A stretch of 64,000 nucleotides of DNA, from positions 3,286,001 to 3,350,000 of the forward strand of contig CM106586.1 in assembly GCA_048013815.1 (NCBI GenBank), written 5' to 3'. The position numbers and the translations under genes are program-made. The notes beneath the pieces were generated by a model. It had not been told where the DNA came from. It was given only the letters and a program-made list of their open reading frames with translations, and searched no databases. The DNA is from Setoptus koraiensis. Its lineage: Eukaryota; Animalia; Arthropoda. The first letter of the stretch is position 1. Each line of letters begins with the position of its first letter. Shown here one piece after another: positions 11,577-23,000 of this stretch.

Positions 11577-12725
11577 ATGGGTCCTGTTCTCGTGCAAACA
11601 CTGATGTATGCTACTACATGTGTTTTGTTGGCGATCTTAGTTCTAGCGCCTCACGAACATTTGGCAACAAGTGTTGCGGAACAACTAGAGCCAAAGGACG
11701 AGCCAGAATATGGCGATCATGAATCCGTGGAAGCGAATGAAAGGATCAATTCACCATTGTCTTGTGAGGTGGGATACGAAGGAGAGAAAATAAAATGGGA
11801 GCAAACAAAAGGAGATACAGAAGTTATGCCACCGAAAGAAAATACAGATTCGAAAGCTCACAGACCGGAAACGCACAAAGCTAAAAAGCGTTACGACGAT
11901 GATATCGGTGAATGTGGTATAAATCCGAATCCTTCTAGCCAAAAATGGATACCGGATAAGCAAAACATGAAAAGAATTCTTGGAGGCGAGGAGGCATCTC
12001 ATGGGGATTTCCCTTGGTTAGTGTATCTGCAAACAAAAGAAGGTATAACAACCTACGTTTGTGGTGGCTCAATCATACATGAGCAAATTGTAATAACAGC
12101 TGCCCATTGTGATTTTTCTGCAAGTACTGTGATCTTTGCTGGCGCACATGATCTATCGGTGCCCATGTCTGAAGGTGAAATATATCAACTGCGAAGAATT
12201 GAATATTTTGAAAGGCACTCCCATCTCGATGTAGCACTACTCAAACTAAGTAAGCCATTGCTATGGACAGATTATGTTAGACCTATATGCTTGCCACAAG
12301 CCGGGACAGGAAATCAATATCCTGATGATTTGGATCCAGGAACAAATGTCACTATAGCTGGCTGGGGAGTCAAAGGGTACGAATTTGGTCTACGAAAATT
12401 CCCAATCAAAACATTAGCTGCTGTTGTACCAATCCAGAGTCGTGCTTCTTGCTCGCGGAGAACACAGGAGATATTTATTGCTAATCTTGAAGCAGAAGAA
12501 TTTTGTACATTCGCACCAGTTGAAACTCGGAAAGATCCTCGGACAGCATGCCACGGTGATTCGGGTGGGCCAGCCTTGTATGTCAGGAATGGTCGGTGGG
12601 AAGTTTTTGGTATAATAAACCGAGGACATGCTGACTGTACCTTGGGAATTACTATCTACTCGAAGCTGAATACAGTTAAGATCAATATTGAACGTTTTTT
12701 GAGAAACAAATCCGGCTTTCGATAA
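11577..12725 (+). CDS. Secreted S1-family (chymotrypsin-fold) serine protease zymogen, intronless
   Basis: Signal peptide, acidic/basic prodomain, activation site KR|ILGG, triad TAAHC / DVALL / GDSGGP. Confidence 0.93.
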   Translation: MGPVLVQTLMYATTCVLLAILVLAPHEHLATSVAEQLEPKDEPEYGDHESVEANERINSPLSCEVGYEGEKIKWEQTKGDTEVMPPKENTDSKAHRPETHKAKKRYDDDIGECGINPNPSSQKWIPDKQNMKRILGGEEASHGDFPWLVYLQTKEGITTYVCGGSIIHEQIVITAAHCDFSASTVIFAGAHDLSVPMSEGEIYQLRRIEYFERHSHLDVALLKLSKPLLWTDYVRPICLPQAGTGNQYPDDLDPGTNVTIAGWGVKGYEFGLRKFPIKTLAAVVPIQSRASCSRRTQEIFIANLEAEEFCTFAPVETRKDPRTACHGDSGGPALYVRNGRWEVFGIINRGHADCTLGITIYSKLNTVKINIERFLRNKSGFR

Positions 12726-13735
12726 TAGACGACAAAGAAAAGCACAGTAAACTTTAGAAAAGAAGTCAGCAGGTGACAACAAAACAGAGACAGACCTTTA
12801 CTGAACTACGCTCGATAAACATAAGATTCTTCTTGCCAATATCTGGCCGATCTTTACATGAAAGAAAGGTTTATTGGCGACCCAACTTTTTCGTAGTTTT
12901 TGAAATAATGTAAATTCATGCGCGCTTTGTAGATCGTCTGCCATTGGGTGCAGAAAATTTCTATATTCTCTAGATTTCTAACATGATGCGCTCGTTGGCC
13001 TTTGATATCTGAGCCGCATGAATCATTTATAATTATCTCTTGAGAATAATAGAGAAGTTTCACAAATCCAAACGCTCACCGCTCAAACGTTGAAAACGCT
13101 CACCGCTCGAGATGCGATAATCTAGGATTGTCTATTTCATACTCGCGCAGATAAGTCTACAAGAACACAGCAGCAAAAGATTCCGAAATCTATTACATAT
13201 TCTCAAAAATCAAAAAACTCATGTCTATGTACGGTCCAAGTATATGTATCTCGAGCGCGTGAATCTACACTCTTCATACAGTCTTACACTAGTTCTGTAT
13301 CCGCATTTCGCAGGTTTGATATATCATTTCATTCTGAGCACATCAAGCGCTAGCTATTCACATTTATCGAAATGTTTTCTGGAATATGTCGATACCAACA
13401 CAAAAGTATATTAATTTATAATGTGTCAACTTTATCATCAAGAGGATCTGATGTTCCAAATGACACTTATTGAAGCCGTCTATTCATGGTTGACAACAAT
13501 GAATGGCAGGCTTCTGATGATGCATACGCTTACATTACTGACAGAATCGGCAGCAACAATAGATGAGGTGCCTGCTCGCTGGGCCTCCCAAGCAAAAGAT
13601 GAACGTCTATTCAACGTGCCAGAATGGTCGCCGACCGGTTTGAACAATAATGCTCTTCGAGATTGCCATCATTTGAAAGATTGTGTTTTTTAATCTGGAA
13701 TGATCTATCCCATGCATGTTTTGTTGACTTTGGCA

Positions 13736-14035
13736 AATTTCTGCCGTAGTAACAGGCAATTAGAACACTGTCCTAGGAAAGGGGAGTGTGTGATTCAAAA
13801 TATATATGACAGTTATATTTTTCATCTATCGCCATTGTAAAACTCCTGAGAAAATTTTCCGATGGCATGAATAATATTCGCCATGTTTCTATAATATTTG
13901 TGTTCTCAGGAAGTTTGTATCGCTGGCTCACAATGGCGATATGTGAAAACGGTATAACTACCATTTGTAATTTGAGTAATCGACTTCCCTTTCCCAGCAT
14001 ATCGTTCTAATTGCATGTTGCTATTGCACGAAATT
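13736..14035 (+). ncRNA. Candidate long hairpin RNA (~300-nt imperfect rod)
   Basis: Nine co-linear nested helices, including perfect 11- and 12-bp stems, with G-U pairs favouring the + strand; no expression data. Confidence 0.5.
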
Positions 14036-14626
14036 AATCAGAGTCAACAAGACGGGCTATGAGACGGATCAATCCCGGTGGAAAAGTATGATCCTCCAGA
14101 TATAGGCGGACCTTGCAAGCAGCATGATGCCGACAGGAGTTGGTCGCCAGCTAAAAAACGAGGGAAAGAGAGCGAGAGAGTCAGGCTTGTATGAACTACT
14201 AACAATACTGTCTACCAAACTTCTAAAGTTAACATTGAAACTAACATGGAGTCAAGGGAATTGGATAAATGTACCTAACCATTTCCAACTATTTTTGTTC
14301 CGAGACTGGTGATGATCCTTGCCGTACCAACGATATTAGTGCTGTCATTATGTCACGAGTGAGCTATTTGCCACCTCCCAACTAGAGATCTATGAGTCAA
14401 CAGGGGACTTTCACGTAAGTCCCATTCTCCAAATATTCTATTTATAAAATTTCAATAATATCGAAATAATAAAACTTTGTACATAAACTGAATCATTTTG
14501 CCATCATATAGAGATATTATCATTGGATACAGTACTTTGAAATGACAATATTGTTCTATTGGAGAAAATCATTGTGAAATATAGCTGAACACCAATTGCC
14601 ACTCTAACTAACCAACCAAATAAAAT

Positions 14627-14878
14627 ATGCATATCTCGAACTTATCAAAATTGCTTGTTGTGGCGCTTCTTATTGCCACATTGATCTGCTCAGTTATTGG
14701 TCAGGACAAGAAAGAAGCAGCGAAAAAGAAATGCTGGTCCAAGGAAGACAAAGAGAAGATTAGAGAGTGCCTCAATGCGTTGGGCGAAGCGGCCACTATC
14801 GGTTTAGAAAGTCTGGAAATGATGAGAAAACTCTCAGGCAGGGTTATGGCCGATGATTACTATCATGGACGCTTCTAA
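14627..14878 (+). CDS. Small secreted peptide precursor (83 aa; signal peptide, C-x11-C, C-terminal DDYYHGRF)
   Basis: ATG in AAAAT context, hydrophobic signal ending VIG|Q, charged helical mature region. Confidence 0.65.
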   Translation: MHISNLSKLLVVALLIATLICSVIGQDKKEAAKKKCWSKEDKEKIRECLNALGEAATIGLESLEMMRKLSGRVMADDYYHGRF

Positions 14879-15576
14879 ACAGACGCTAGACTTCAAAGCT
14901 TCAAACTTTAAGCAACATTTCTGCATCATGTAGAAGTCATCAATTAAGGCTCGTTTTGAATGTTCAGAAATCAATCATTAAAATATAAAAGTCTCGCAAG
15001 ATATCTAAATCTTTATATTTATTTTCCATTGTTACATTAACTTGAAAACAATCTCTCACCTGTCAGTCAGTTGATTTTTTTCTCTCGATCACATCAAGCA
15101 CTTTTTTCCTCGGTAACATGAGAAGTTCCCTGTCGTAAACTCGAGCTATGTAATAACAGTAACTTATGCGAGATAGCAAAGATTCCGAAGGTTCATGTTC
15201 AATGTAGCTTGCAACTGTGTTTGATGACACAACTAATTGCCTTTCTTGTAGACAATCTGAGTCAACGATGTAACTCTTTGTGGCCGATATGGCTGATTTA
15301 AGTTCAGTTACATCTTTCAGGCGAAGTAATAATTTGCAACGATTTCCTGACTGAGATTAAATCAAAGATTGCTTAGAATGATTGTTCTAACAAGGAACGA
15401 GCGAAAAAATGTATGAGAAACAAAAAGGAAGCGTAGGGTTTCCATGACTACTAAGAGGATTGCAGCAGGCGAAATCAACATAATAAAGACTTAATAATTG
15501 AACAGCTTTTATTGGTGGTAGAAAAAAAAATCACGACTTTGTTTTTGCTAGTCCACAGTTACTCACATAAATATAA

Positions 15577-15900
15577 CTAGTTGTTGGCCGATCTTTTGGC
15601 CGACCTTGATGGCATTCTCCCCATGCCCATACATTTCTCGAGGTGTGGCGCTAGCCTGGCAGCGGCCAAATTACGATCACAATTGGGACAGATACAATTG
15701 TACTGCTTCTTTGTCTTGGTCAATGGCTGACCAAAAACATCTAAACCGGCCTCGTCCTTAATTTTGCATGACTCATCGCCTGCATCCGTAAATATTAATC
15801 CCATCTTAGCCGCTCGATGAATTTGTAGGCACTCACTGAATATCACATAGTCGATCAAATTAGCTAATATGTCATCTGGACTCGGGCCTGCGCTGGACAT
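15577..15900 (-). CDS. Sgf11: SAGA-associated factor 11 (ataxin-7-like 3), intronless
   Basis: LIDYVIFSECLQIHRAAKMG helix, GLDVFGQ, Sgf11 zinc finger CPNCDRNLAAARLAPHLEKCMGMGR. Confidence 0.93.
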   Translation of the reverse strand: MSSAGPSPDDILANLIDYVIFSECLQIHRAAKMGLIFTDAGDESCKIKDEAGLDVFGQPLTKTKKQYNCICPNCDRNLAAARLAPHLEKCMGMGRMPSRSAKRSANN

Positions 15901-17005
15901 TCTGGTTCCTGTCCGAAAATTGAGTGTAATAATATATGCAATGATACCATCATATTATTATGCAATATCGAAAAATGTATGATGGAATGAATGATAAACA
16001 AAATAATGCCTGCCGACCTCTTTTCATCAGCATGCGGCTTCTGGACGGGCATGCGTGTTATTGTGTTTGTATTCGTGATTGTAAGAAGAAAACACATAAT
16101 TCGCTCGATTTTCCAGGATCTGATCCATTCTGTTGTTCTTTTTGTGAAGGAAATATTAACAGCTTTGATGATTCGAATTGGTTTCCGGTGAGTTTCCACC
16201 AGAACGCTACTCTCCACCGATCATGAATAAATAAAAAAAGCGTTATCATATGAGCGTTGTTTGCTACAATACGAGAGGAATTCGTCTCAGAATAGACCCC
16301 CAGTCCACTGAAGTGGAGGCATACTTCAGCAAAAATAGACAAGCGGTGGCTAGTAGTCACTTGTTGCTCGCGTCAATTAAACAAGAACGAGGCCAATCAC
16401 TTGAAAGGACGGATTGGCTATGATTCGGAGCGTCCGACGCTTTAGAGCTTTTATATTGTTGGAACAATGAGTCTCTTGAAGAATTAATTTCCAACTTTTC
16501 AGTTGAGGTAACATCGCACTAAGCTTTTGTTTGCTTGTGCAGACTGTGCACCGTAGAGAGAAAAGAGATTGAAACATTGTCAGAGATACATTTAGTTATT
16601 TATTGCTGCTAATTTTAGTTGATCAAGACGGTCAAGAATGGTTAGTATTATTTCTTCATTAACATAGATTCGGTAGCTGAAGTTTAATTACACTGCTGAT
16701 AAAAAACTGGTACAGCGAGTCCTCACTAAAACAAAGCTGATTGATTTAAATATTTGAACAGTCAATAGTACAAGTTCTGCTTTTGATTGCTGTAATATGC
16801 TGCAGTTGTGTATATAGGTAGTTGTGGTAATTATTAATACAGATTATTATTATCCAATTCTTACTATGCCCGATTAATGTTTGTATACATGTTATGTCAT
16901 TAGATAGATATCGTTGATATGTTATAGTCCAATAATAAGAATATTTTCAAAGATTCATCAAAATGATTGGTCATAGATCTAATCTATTCAGCTAACACCA
17001 ATATC

Positions 17006-20000
17006 TTAGTTGCCCGCACTTGCCACTAATTCTGCTTGTGTCTCCTCATCTAGAGCATGCTTGGATAGAGCCAATAAAACAATGGTCAGTTCCTTTTTGT
17101 TTATTTTTCCATCTCCATTTGAGTCGCATCCTTGCATTACCATACGCTCGAATTCCTCGATATCTTGTGTCTCTGGATCCTGTTTATTTTATCAATAAAA
17201 TAACAATTCTCTGAGTTAGAGCTAGGAAAACTTTGGACGGTCTCACAGTCAGTTGCTGAGTTGTGTTGGGCTATGGACCAACGAACTGCGTTCTCGTACC
17301 AACAAAGGTGACTTACCTTTCCTAGAAAGTCCATCAGGTCCTTGATGAAGCCTTTGAGTTCCTCGTTTTCGATGATGCCATTATGGTCCTATAAAAAGTA
17401 TAAAATCAAGCAATTAAAAGTTAGATCTAACAGCGTATCGTGGGCATTATCACAATCAATTATTGTCCGCTGATACCAACTCTATCGTATAGATTAAATA
17501 TGCGCTCGATGTCCTGTTTAACGAGTTTCTTGCTGCCACGGAATATGCCTGAACATTGTAGAAAATTCTCTTTGATTGATAGCAATCTAGCGTTGTTATA
17601 TTCATACAGTTTTGGTGATAATCAAAAAGAAAATATAGAAGATGATAATTATAGTTGCAGCTGAAATCATATAATTAGAGCATATCACAAGAGATTGCCT
17701 GATGAACTCACCTGGTCATTTCGCTTAGTTGCAATTTTCCATCTTTGTTTTGGTCGAATATTTTCAATAGAGTTTGTGTATACTCCTCGAGCTTTTCGTC
17801 ATTTATAGAATTACTTCTATTGTGATGCTTATTACTTGATGAGCCCGATTGTTGTTTTAACAGTAGATCTCTAAGAAAATTCTTCAACTCATCCGAATCA
17901 ATAAATCCACTAGAGTCCACATCATATCTGGCCCAGATCTGATTTGCATTCGAATAAAATATAATGAATGTTGTAGAATAATGATCGATATATTCTCAAT
18001 CATCATCATGTATATGCATCGTATGTAAGTTACTCACTTTCATAAATTCTACGCTTGAGTCAACTTGATTTTCGAATTTGAACAATAACATGAAACTCTC
18101 ATCCAATGGGAGCAACTGGGCCAGCTACACAAAGTTCAATATGGCGGTTGAGTGTTTGAAGCGGGTTAAAAAAAACGCGGGTTAGAAAAACGCCGGTAAG
18201 CCTGGAGAAAATTGGGTTTAGGGGGAGAAAAATCTACTAGATCAGAATGTAGATGGTGCTCACCTCTCTTATGTCGATCCTTCCATCTTTGTTGTTATCG
18301 TAGGCATCCATGAAGGCCTTTTTGAGCTCTTGAAGGAGGGCCTCACTCAAAGGCTAGATAAGTGATACAGGTGTTATGTTTGAATGATTAGACAGATGGC
18401 TGAATAGTTCTGCATAGGATAAGATGATTCAGACTGCCAGCTACGATATGTTGGTTAGAAAATGTTCTGGGACAAACTGCTAATTTGAAGCGTGACTAAC
18501 ACCGCGCTTGTTTTTATCATAGGAATGATTGCTGGGCTCGACCAGACTAGTCAATAATAGATTGCTATTCGATTTTCGAAACAAAAACTTTTCAAACTAC
18601 TTCTTTTCCCGATCATTACATGAGAATTATACGAGAATCGCACGTGAATTACACGAGAAGTCTGAAACTTGCTGAGAAGGACAATCGCTGCGATCCGGCC
18701 AAATTTTGGGTCTCGAACGCTTCTGTATTCACCGATTGTGGGATATCGAAAACTCAAAAAATTCGCTGGACGTTCACAGCGAATCGGTCGACCGATGATG
18801 ATATTCGGAAAAAAAAATCAGAACATTATTTTCCAAAGAAAGTGCCGAAAGAAAATTTCGGAAGCATTGGCCCTGATATTTGGGTCGTGTCGGGCGACGA
18901 CTGTCGCATCGAACTCAATAGACTGTTCCGATGAATCAGTACCTTACTGCTACAAATTCTAACTTATTGAAATTGATCTTCCGTGAGAATGCGTAGAACG
19001 AGGCCGGTTTCGAGAGCGAGAATCTCTGGAAAACTGAAACATTTTCCGAAAACATTCATAGACACGGTACACTGTGGGGGTGGCATGCCTGAGAGCGTCT
19101 CTAATCATACCAGACGATGTCTGGTTGACCAAATTTGCCTAATTGTATCAGTTTCACTTTGCGAGAGCGCGAACGTGAGCACTATTTAAAATGATACGGT
19201 CGGTTCATATTGTAGCGGGAGGCTATAATTAGAGATGCCAACTCTAAAGGAGAGCAACGGTCACAGCGGCGGACCTGTAATCTTGTGTCCAGCTTGGATG
19301 TGCCGCTGACAGTTAGACAGAATGGGGTCACGTGCTGCGCTTGGAGTGGCGTTATTTTGGGCGCAAGCACGCGCCTGACACACAAATCGGTTATAAAATC
19401 AGATTGTATTTCATGGTGGCTGGTTAGGCGTGCTTTTGATACAAAATGTGCAACTTGTGAATGTGTGCATTTCGCCAGTATATTCACCTGTGTTGTGTTA
19501 ACTTTGGCCGCTCGCTGGGGCCAAAGTTTGGCCAGTTCGACCACCACATTAGGCATATTACATAATGATGATATCGCTAATATATTAGGCAGATGGCTGA
19601 GCTTGCGAGACGGCCGCCAGTGGGCCGGCCGATTACTAATAATTGTGATTGGTTTCGTGTGCGGGTGCCATCAACAATAAACCCGCAACAATTTGGCCTA
19701 GGCCCTAGGTTCACCTATGGCACCTTTCGCGCCTTTGGCCCCGCGAATACGATCATTTGGCCGGCTATTAGCCATTGGCTCGGCTGTCAGCTAGTCAGCG
19801 AGTCGGCGAGTCGGCGAGTCAGCGAGTGATGTAAGCGCGCCGGGCCAAGGTGATTTTTATTGGCGCGCGTATATAATATAGATCTTTGTTTGTTTTCTTA
19901 ATTTATAGTCACTATGTGTTTATATGACTACATTAACGGGGCACAAAAACAAGCACTTATGTAATAACAGAAGCCGAGCCAGTGGAGTGAACTGCCTGTA

Positions 20001-23000
20001 ACGTGGTAACAACTGACTGGCGTTGCGAGCGCAAGAGCGAGACAGCGAGAGCAGGGGGCAATTAGTCGGCCGGTTGCACAGCCTGCACGCGGGCCCCAAT
20101 TGCGCAACAACAACAACAACAACAATTGTCACTATTGTTGGCGGCGCGCGCGCGTGTAGCCATTTCGAAAAGGGGCCCTCTGTGTAATTTGCATTTTGGC
20201 TGCGCCGGCGGTGTCTGCACGCAGATTGTGGGGCCCAGAATCTGGAGTGTATCAGCGAGTCTATGCCAGACAGTCCGTGCCACAGAGACTCTATGATAGT
20301 GACTCTATGAGAGTCCGTGCGGGGGTCTATGCGAAACAGTCCATAAAGCGCGGCGATGCTGCCGGCCAACTTATGACTTGAAGATCAGGCATATCATTAG
20401 AGCGTCTGTTTGCTTGTTTTTTTTTCTCGCTCGCCCGTTTTTGCTGAAATACTCATTACAGTGCAAATGTAGCTCGTGTCCGTGTGTATCGCATAGTGGC
20501 ATAGTCACATAGAGGCGCTCTGGTGGCGCGCAAACAACAAAATTGGAGCTAGACTCTCTCTAGCTAGCTGCTAGAGAGAGCGAAAGCTGGAGAGACGGAG
20601 GCAAAAATCTATTTGTTTATCAGCCGGCTACTCTCACCTTTCACCGGCCCGGCCCCATTATATTCACGATTACCGTTGGCCGCTAGAGCCGCTCTCTGCC
20701 GCGAGGGCCACCAATGAACACGAAAGATGATCTAACTGGCACATTGTAGCATTGCGGCGCATAGGTGACTCGAGCATAATAGTTAGTCAAATGTCTAATA
20801 GTGACCCCCACCAATGGCTGCCTATCCATGCGACCTATAACTGCGACTGATGGATGCCCGTGGCCCGTGATGCCGGCCCTGCCTAGGGCCACATTAGCAA
20901 TCTAATCTAGTTCAACACACTACATGTGTGTAATGTATGCACACTTAGCCTGTCAGACATGAGGGGGTTGGGGCCTCATTGAAAGATACACAGTCATTTA
21001 TGGCGAGAATATACCCACAGAAGGCGCAAGTCGCCCGATAGGCCACTTGAATGCACGCCAAACACTACATACATACCGGGCCCCGTGACAGATCACTTGA
21101 TAGGTATGTGTGGCATGCAAAGGTGGGGCGCATCCAGCTTGACACGTAATCAGTTTGTACAATTCGAGCCCGACGTTCTTTCGAATTCCGAACGATTCCG
21201 AGTCGACTTGTCCGGTTTTTGTTGCGCAAAAACGGTGATGTTATCTGAACATTGGAACATTAGGCCGAATGTGTCGCAAATTCTGAAATATCTGTTCTGG
21301 TTTCATAACTCGACTTGGGCGAAACATTTCAAGACGACGAAATCTGGCATCGCATATCAGCCAGTCAGGAATTTATGTTCAAGTTTGCCACAAATACCTA
21401 TCGACTCAATAGTATCGAGCAATTTCGCAAAATCAGAGGCGCGATAGGTGGCGGGCTGTATCTATCGGAGCATCAGATAGATAGAGAGAAAGAGAGAGCA
21501 TTAATATATATAGATAGCGGCTAAATGTTGCATAGATGACTGAATAGATAATGAGGCCAACATTCATCAATAAGTGTTTATCTGTGTCCCCTCGCGCAAC
21601 GGCTTAAGGGGCGATAATGACCAACACATGTTAGCGATATGTCGATATGCAATCTCTGTTTGGCCGGCACCAGTGAACTCGATCAATATCCGTTATCGGG
21701 GACATATCGCTAATGCTATCTAGTTATACAAACTGCCCGTATGAGGGCTCATAATGAAGACATTATGCGCACAAAAAGCCTTCTTTTATTGACCAATTTT
21801 AATTATGATAAAAGGATGCACTAACAAATGCAAATTATTATTATCATTACGGCATGTACGGCCGACGAAATAATGCTAAGCGTGCGCTGCATTTTGGCTG
21901 AATTGTTCACCAAATCGATGGTCTGGCGATAATAATTGAGACCATTGACCATGATGAATCATGGTCAATGGTCAACGAAATGGTGCCATCGAAGGCAGAG
22001 TTGCATGCATTTTGTGCAAATCAACCAAATGCAAATGGGAACGGACTAAATTTTCGCGCATATCCATTTATTTATCCGTCGCATGGTCCACACATACCTA
22101 TCGCATACTGATGAAGTTGCCTGTGCGCCTCAAGCGCCCCAATAACCGATGGCCTCAAGTGCCCAATGGCCGCCCCCATTCGGGCCTCACACACAGCTGA
22201 CTCAAATGGGCTCGGCCGACAATGTCGAGGCAATATCCAGATGTGGCTGTTTACCTGTCCAGAGACTGCGTCCAGTTGCGACCAGCGCCTCTAGAATATA
22301 TATGTATAAATATATATGGCATTATATTGCTCTATTGACATGGCCAAGCGGGCTGAAACTGCCCGTTTGGCAAGCTAGACGTGGCAAGCTAGACGTGGCA
22401 AGCTAGACGTGGCAAGCTTCGGGTGGCTTTAATCGCCGGTCTGGCCACTGTCTGGGAACATTTGGGCCTCGTTATGAATTTTGGCCATTACGTGGATAAT
22501 ATTGTTTGTTTTGCCACTTTTCAGCTGCCAGTCGCCAGCCACCAACAGCGACACCGGATTGGCGCCGTCATCCATCTTGTGTCCAGCCAGAGATCTTGTG
22601 CGCCCGCTTGCCGCCGCGAGCTGGCCGGATAAACTTGTAGCCAGACTCAATTTGAAAATGAGCCCCACAACGAGCTTCGCGTTGTTACTCAATCTGTTAT
22701 GCTGACATACAAATTATATGCAAGTGCTTTGCAATTTGCAAATCTCTCGCTCTCTTTCGAGTCAGCGACATGCGACATTAAATCTTTGCCTCTTTGACAA
22801 CTCATTGCGTTGCTAGGCACGAAGCACGCGCTGCCAGTGGGGCCCCACTGGCAGCGCGTCACTGGCAAGACCAAGAGCATGGTCGCTGACCCGGCCATTA
22901 GGGCAATCACACGCACAACAAGGCTAAACGAATGAAAAATAGTCCACTGAAAAATAGTGGCCATAATTTTTCAAAAATGCGCCGGCCCCAACAGCACCGG

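Noticed and set aside
13098-13262. Long-range helix CGCTCGAGATGC/GTATCTCGAGCG
   Set aside because: A single 12-bp helix centred on a palindromic CTCGAG; the interior does not continue pairing
13514-13520. CTGATGA hammerhead-core box
   Set aside because: No stem II followed by GAAA at a suitable distance
13736-14035. SRP (7SL) RNA, RNase P/MRP or telomerase RNA as identity of the rod
   Set aside because: Length fits SRP RNA, but no Alu-domain start or helix-8 CAGG/GNRA/AGCA motif and no P4-type conserved boxes were seen
15991-16430. Hydrophobic 66-aa ORF, possibly spliced 16187/16276 to a 110-aa product
   Set aside because: Weak GAG acceptor, no recognisable family, squeezed against the Sgf11 promoter; needs RNA evidence
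18160-18225. Telomere-like GGGTTA/GGGTTTAGGG words in calbindin intron 3
   Set aside because: Only two or three scattered copies within a small local duplication; not an array
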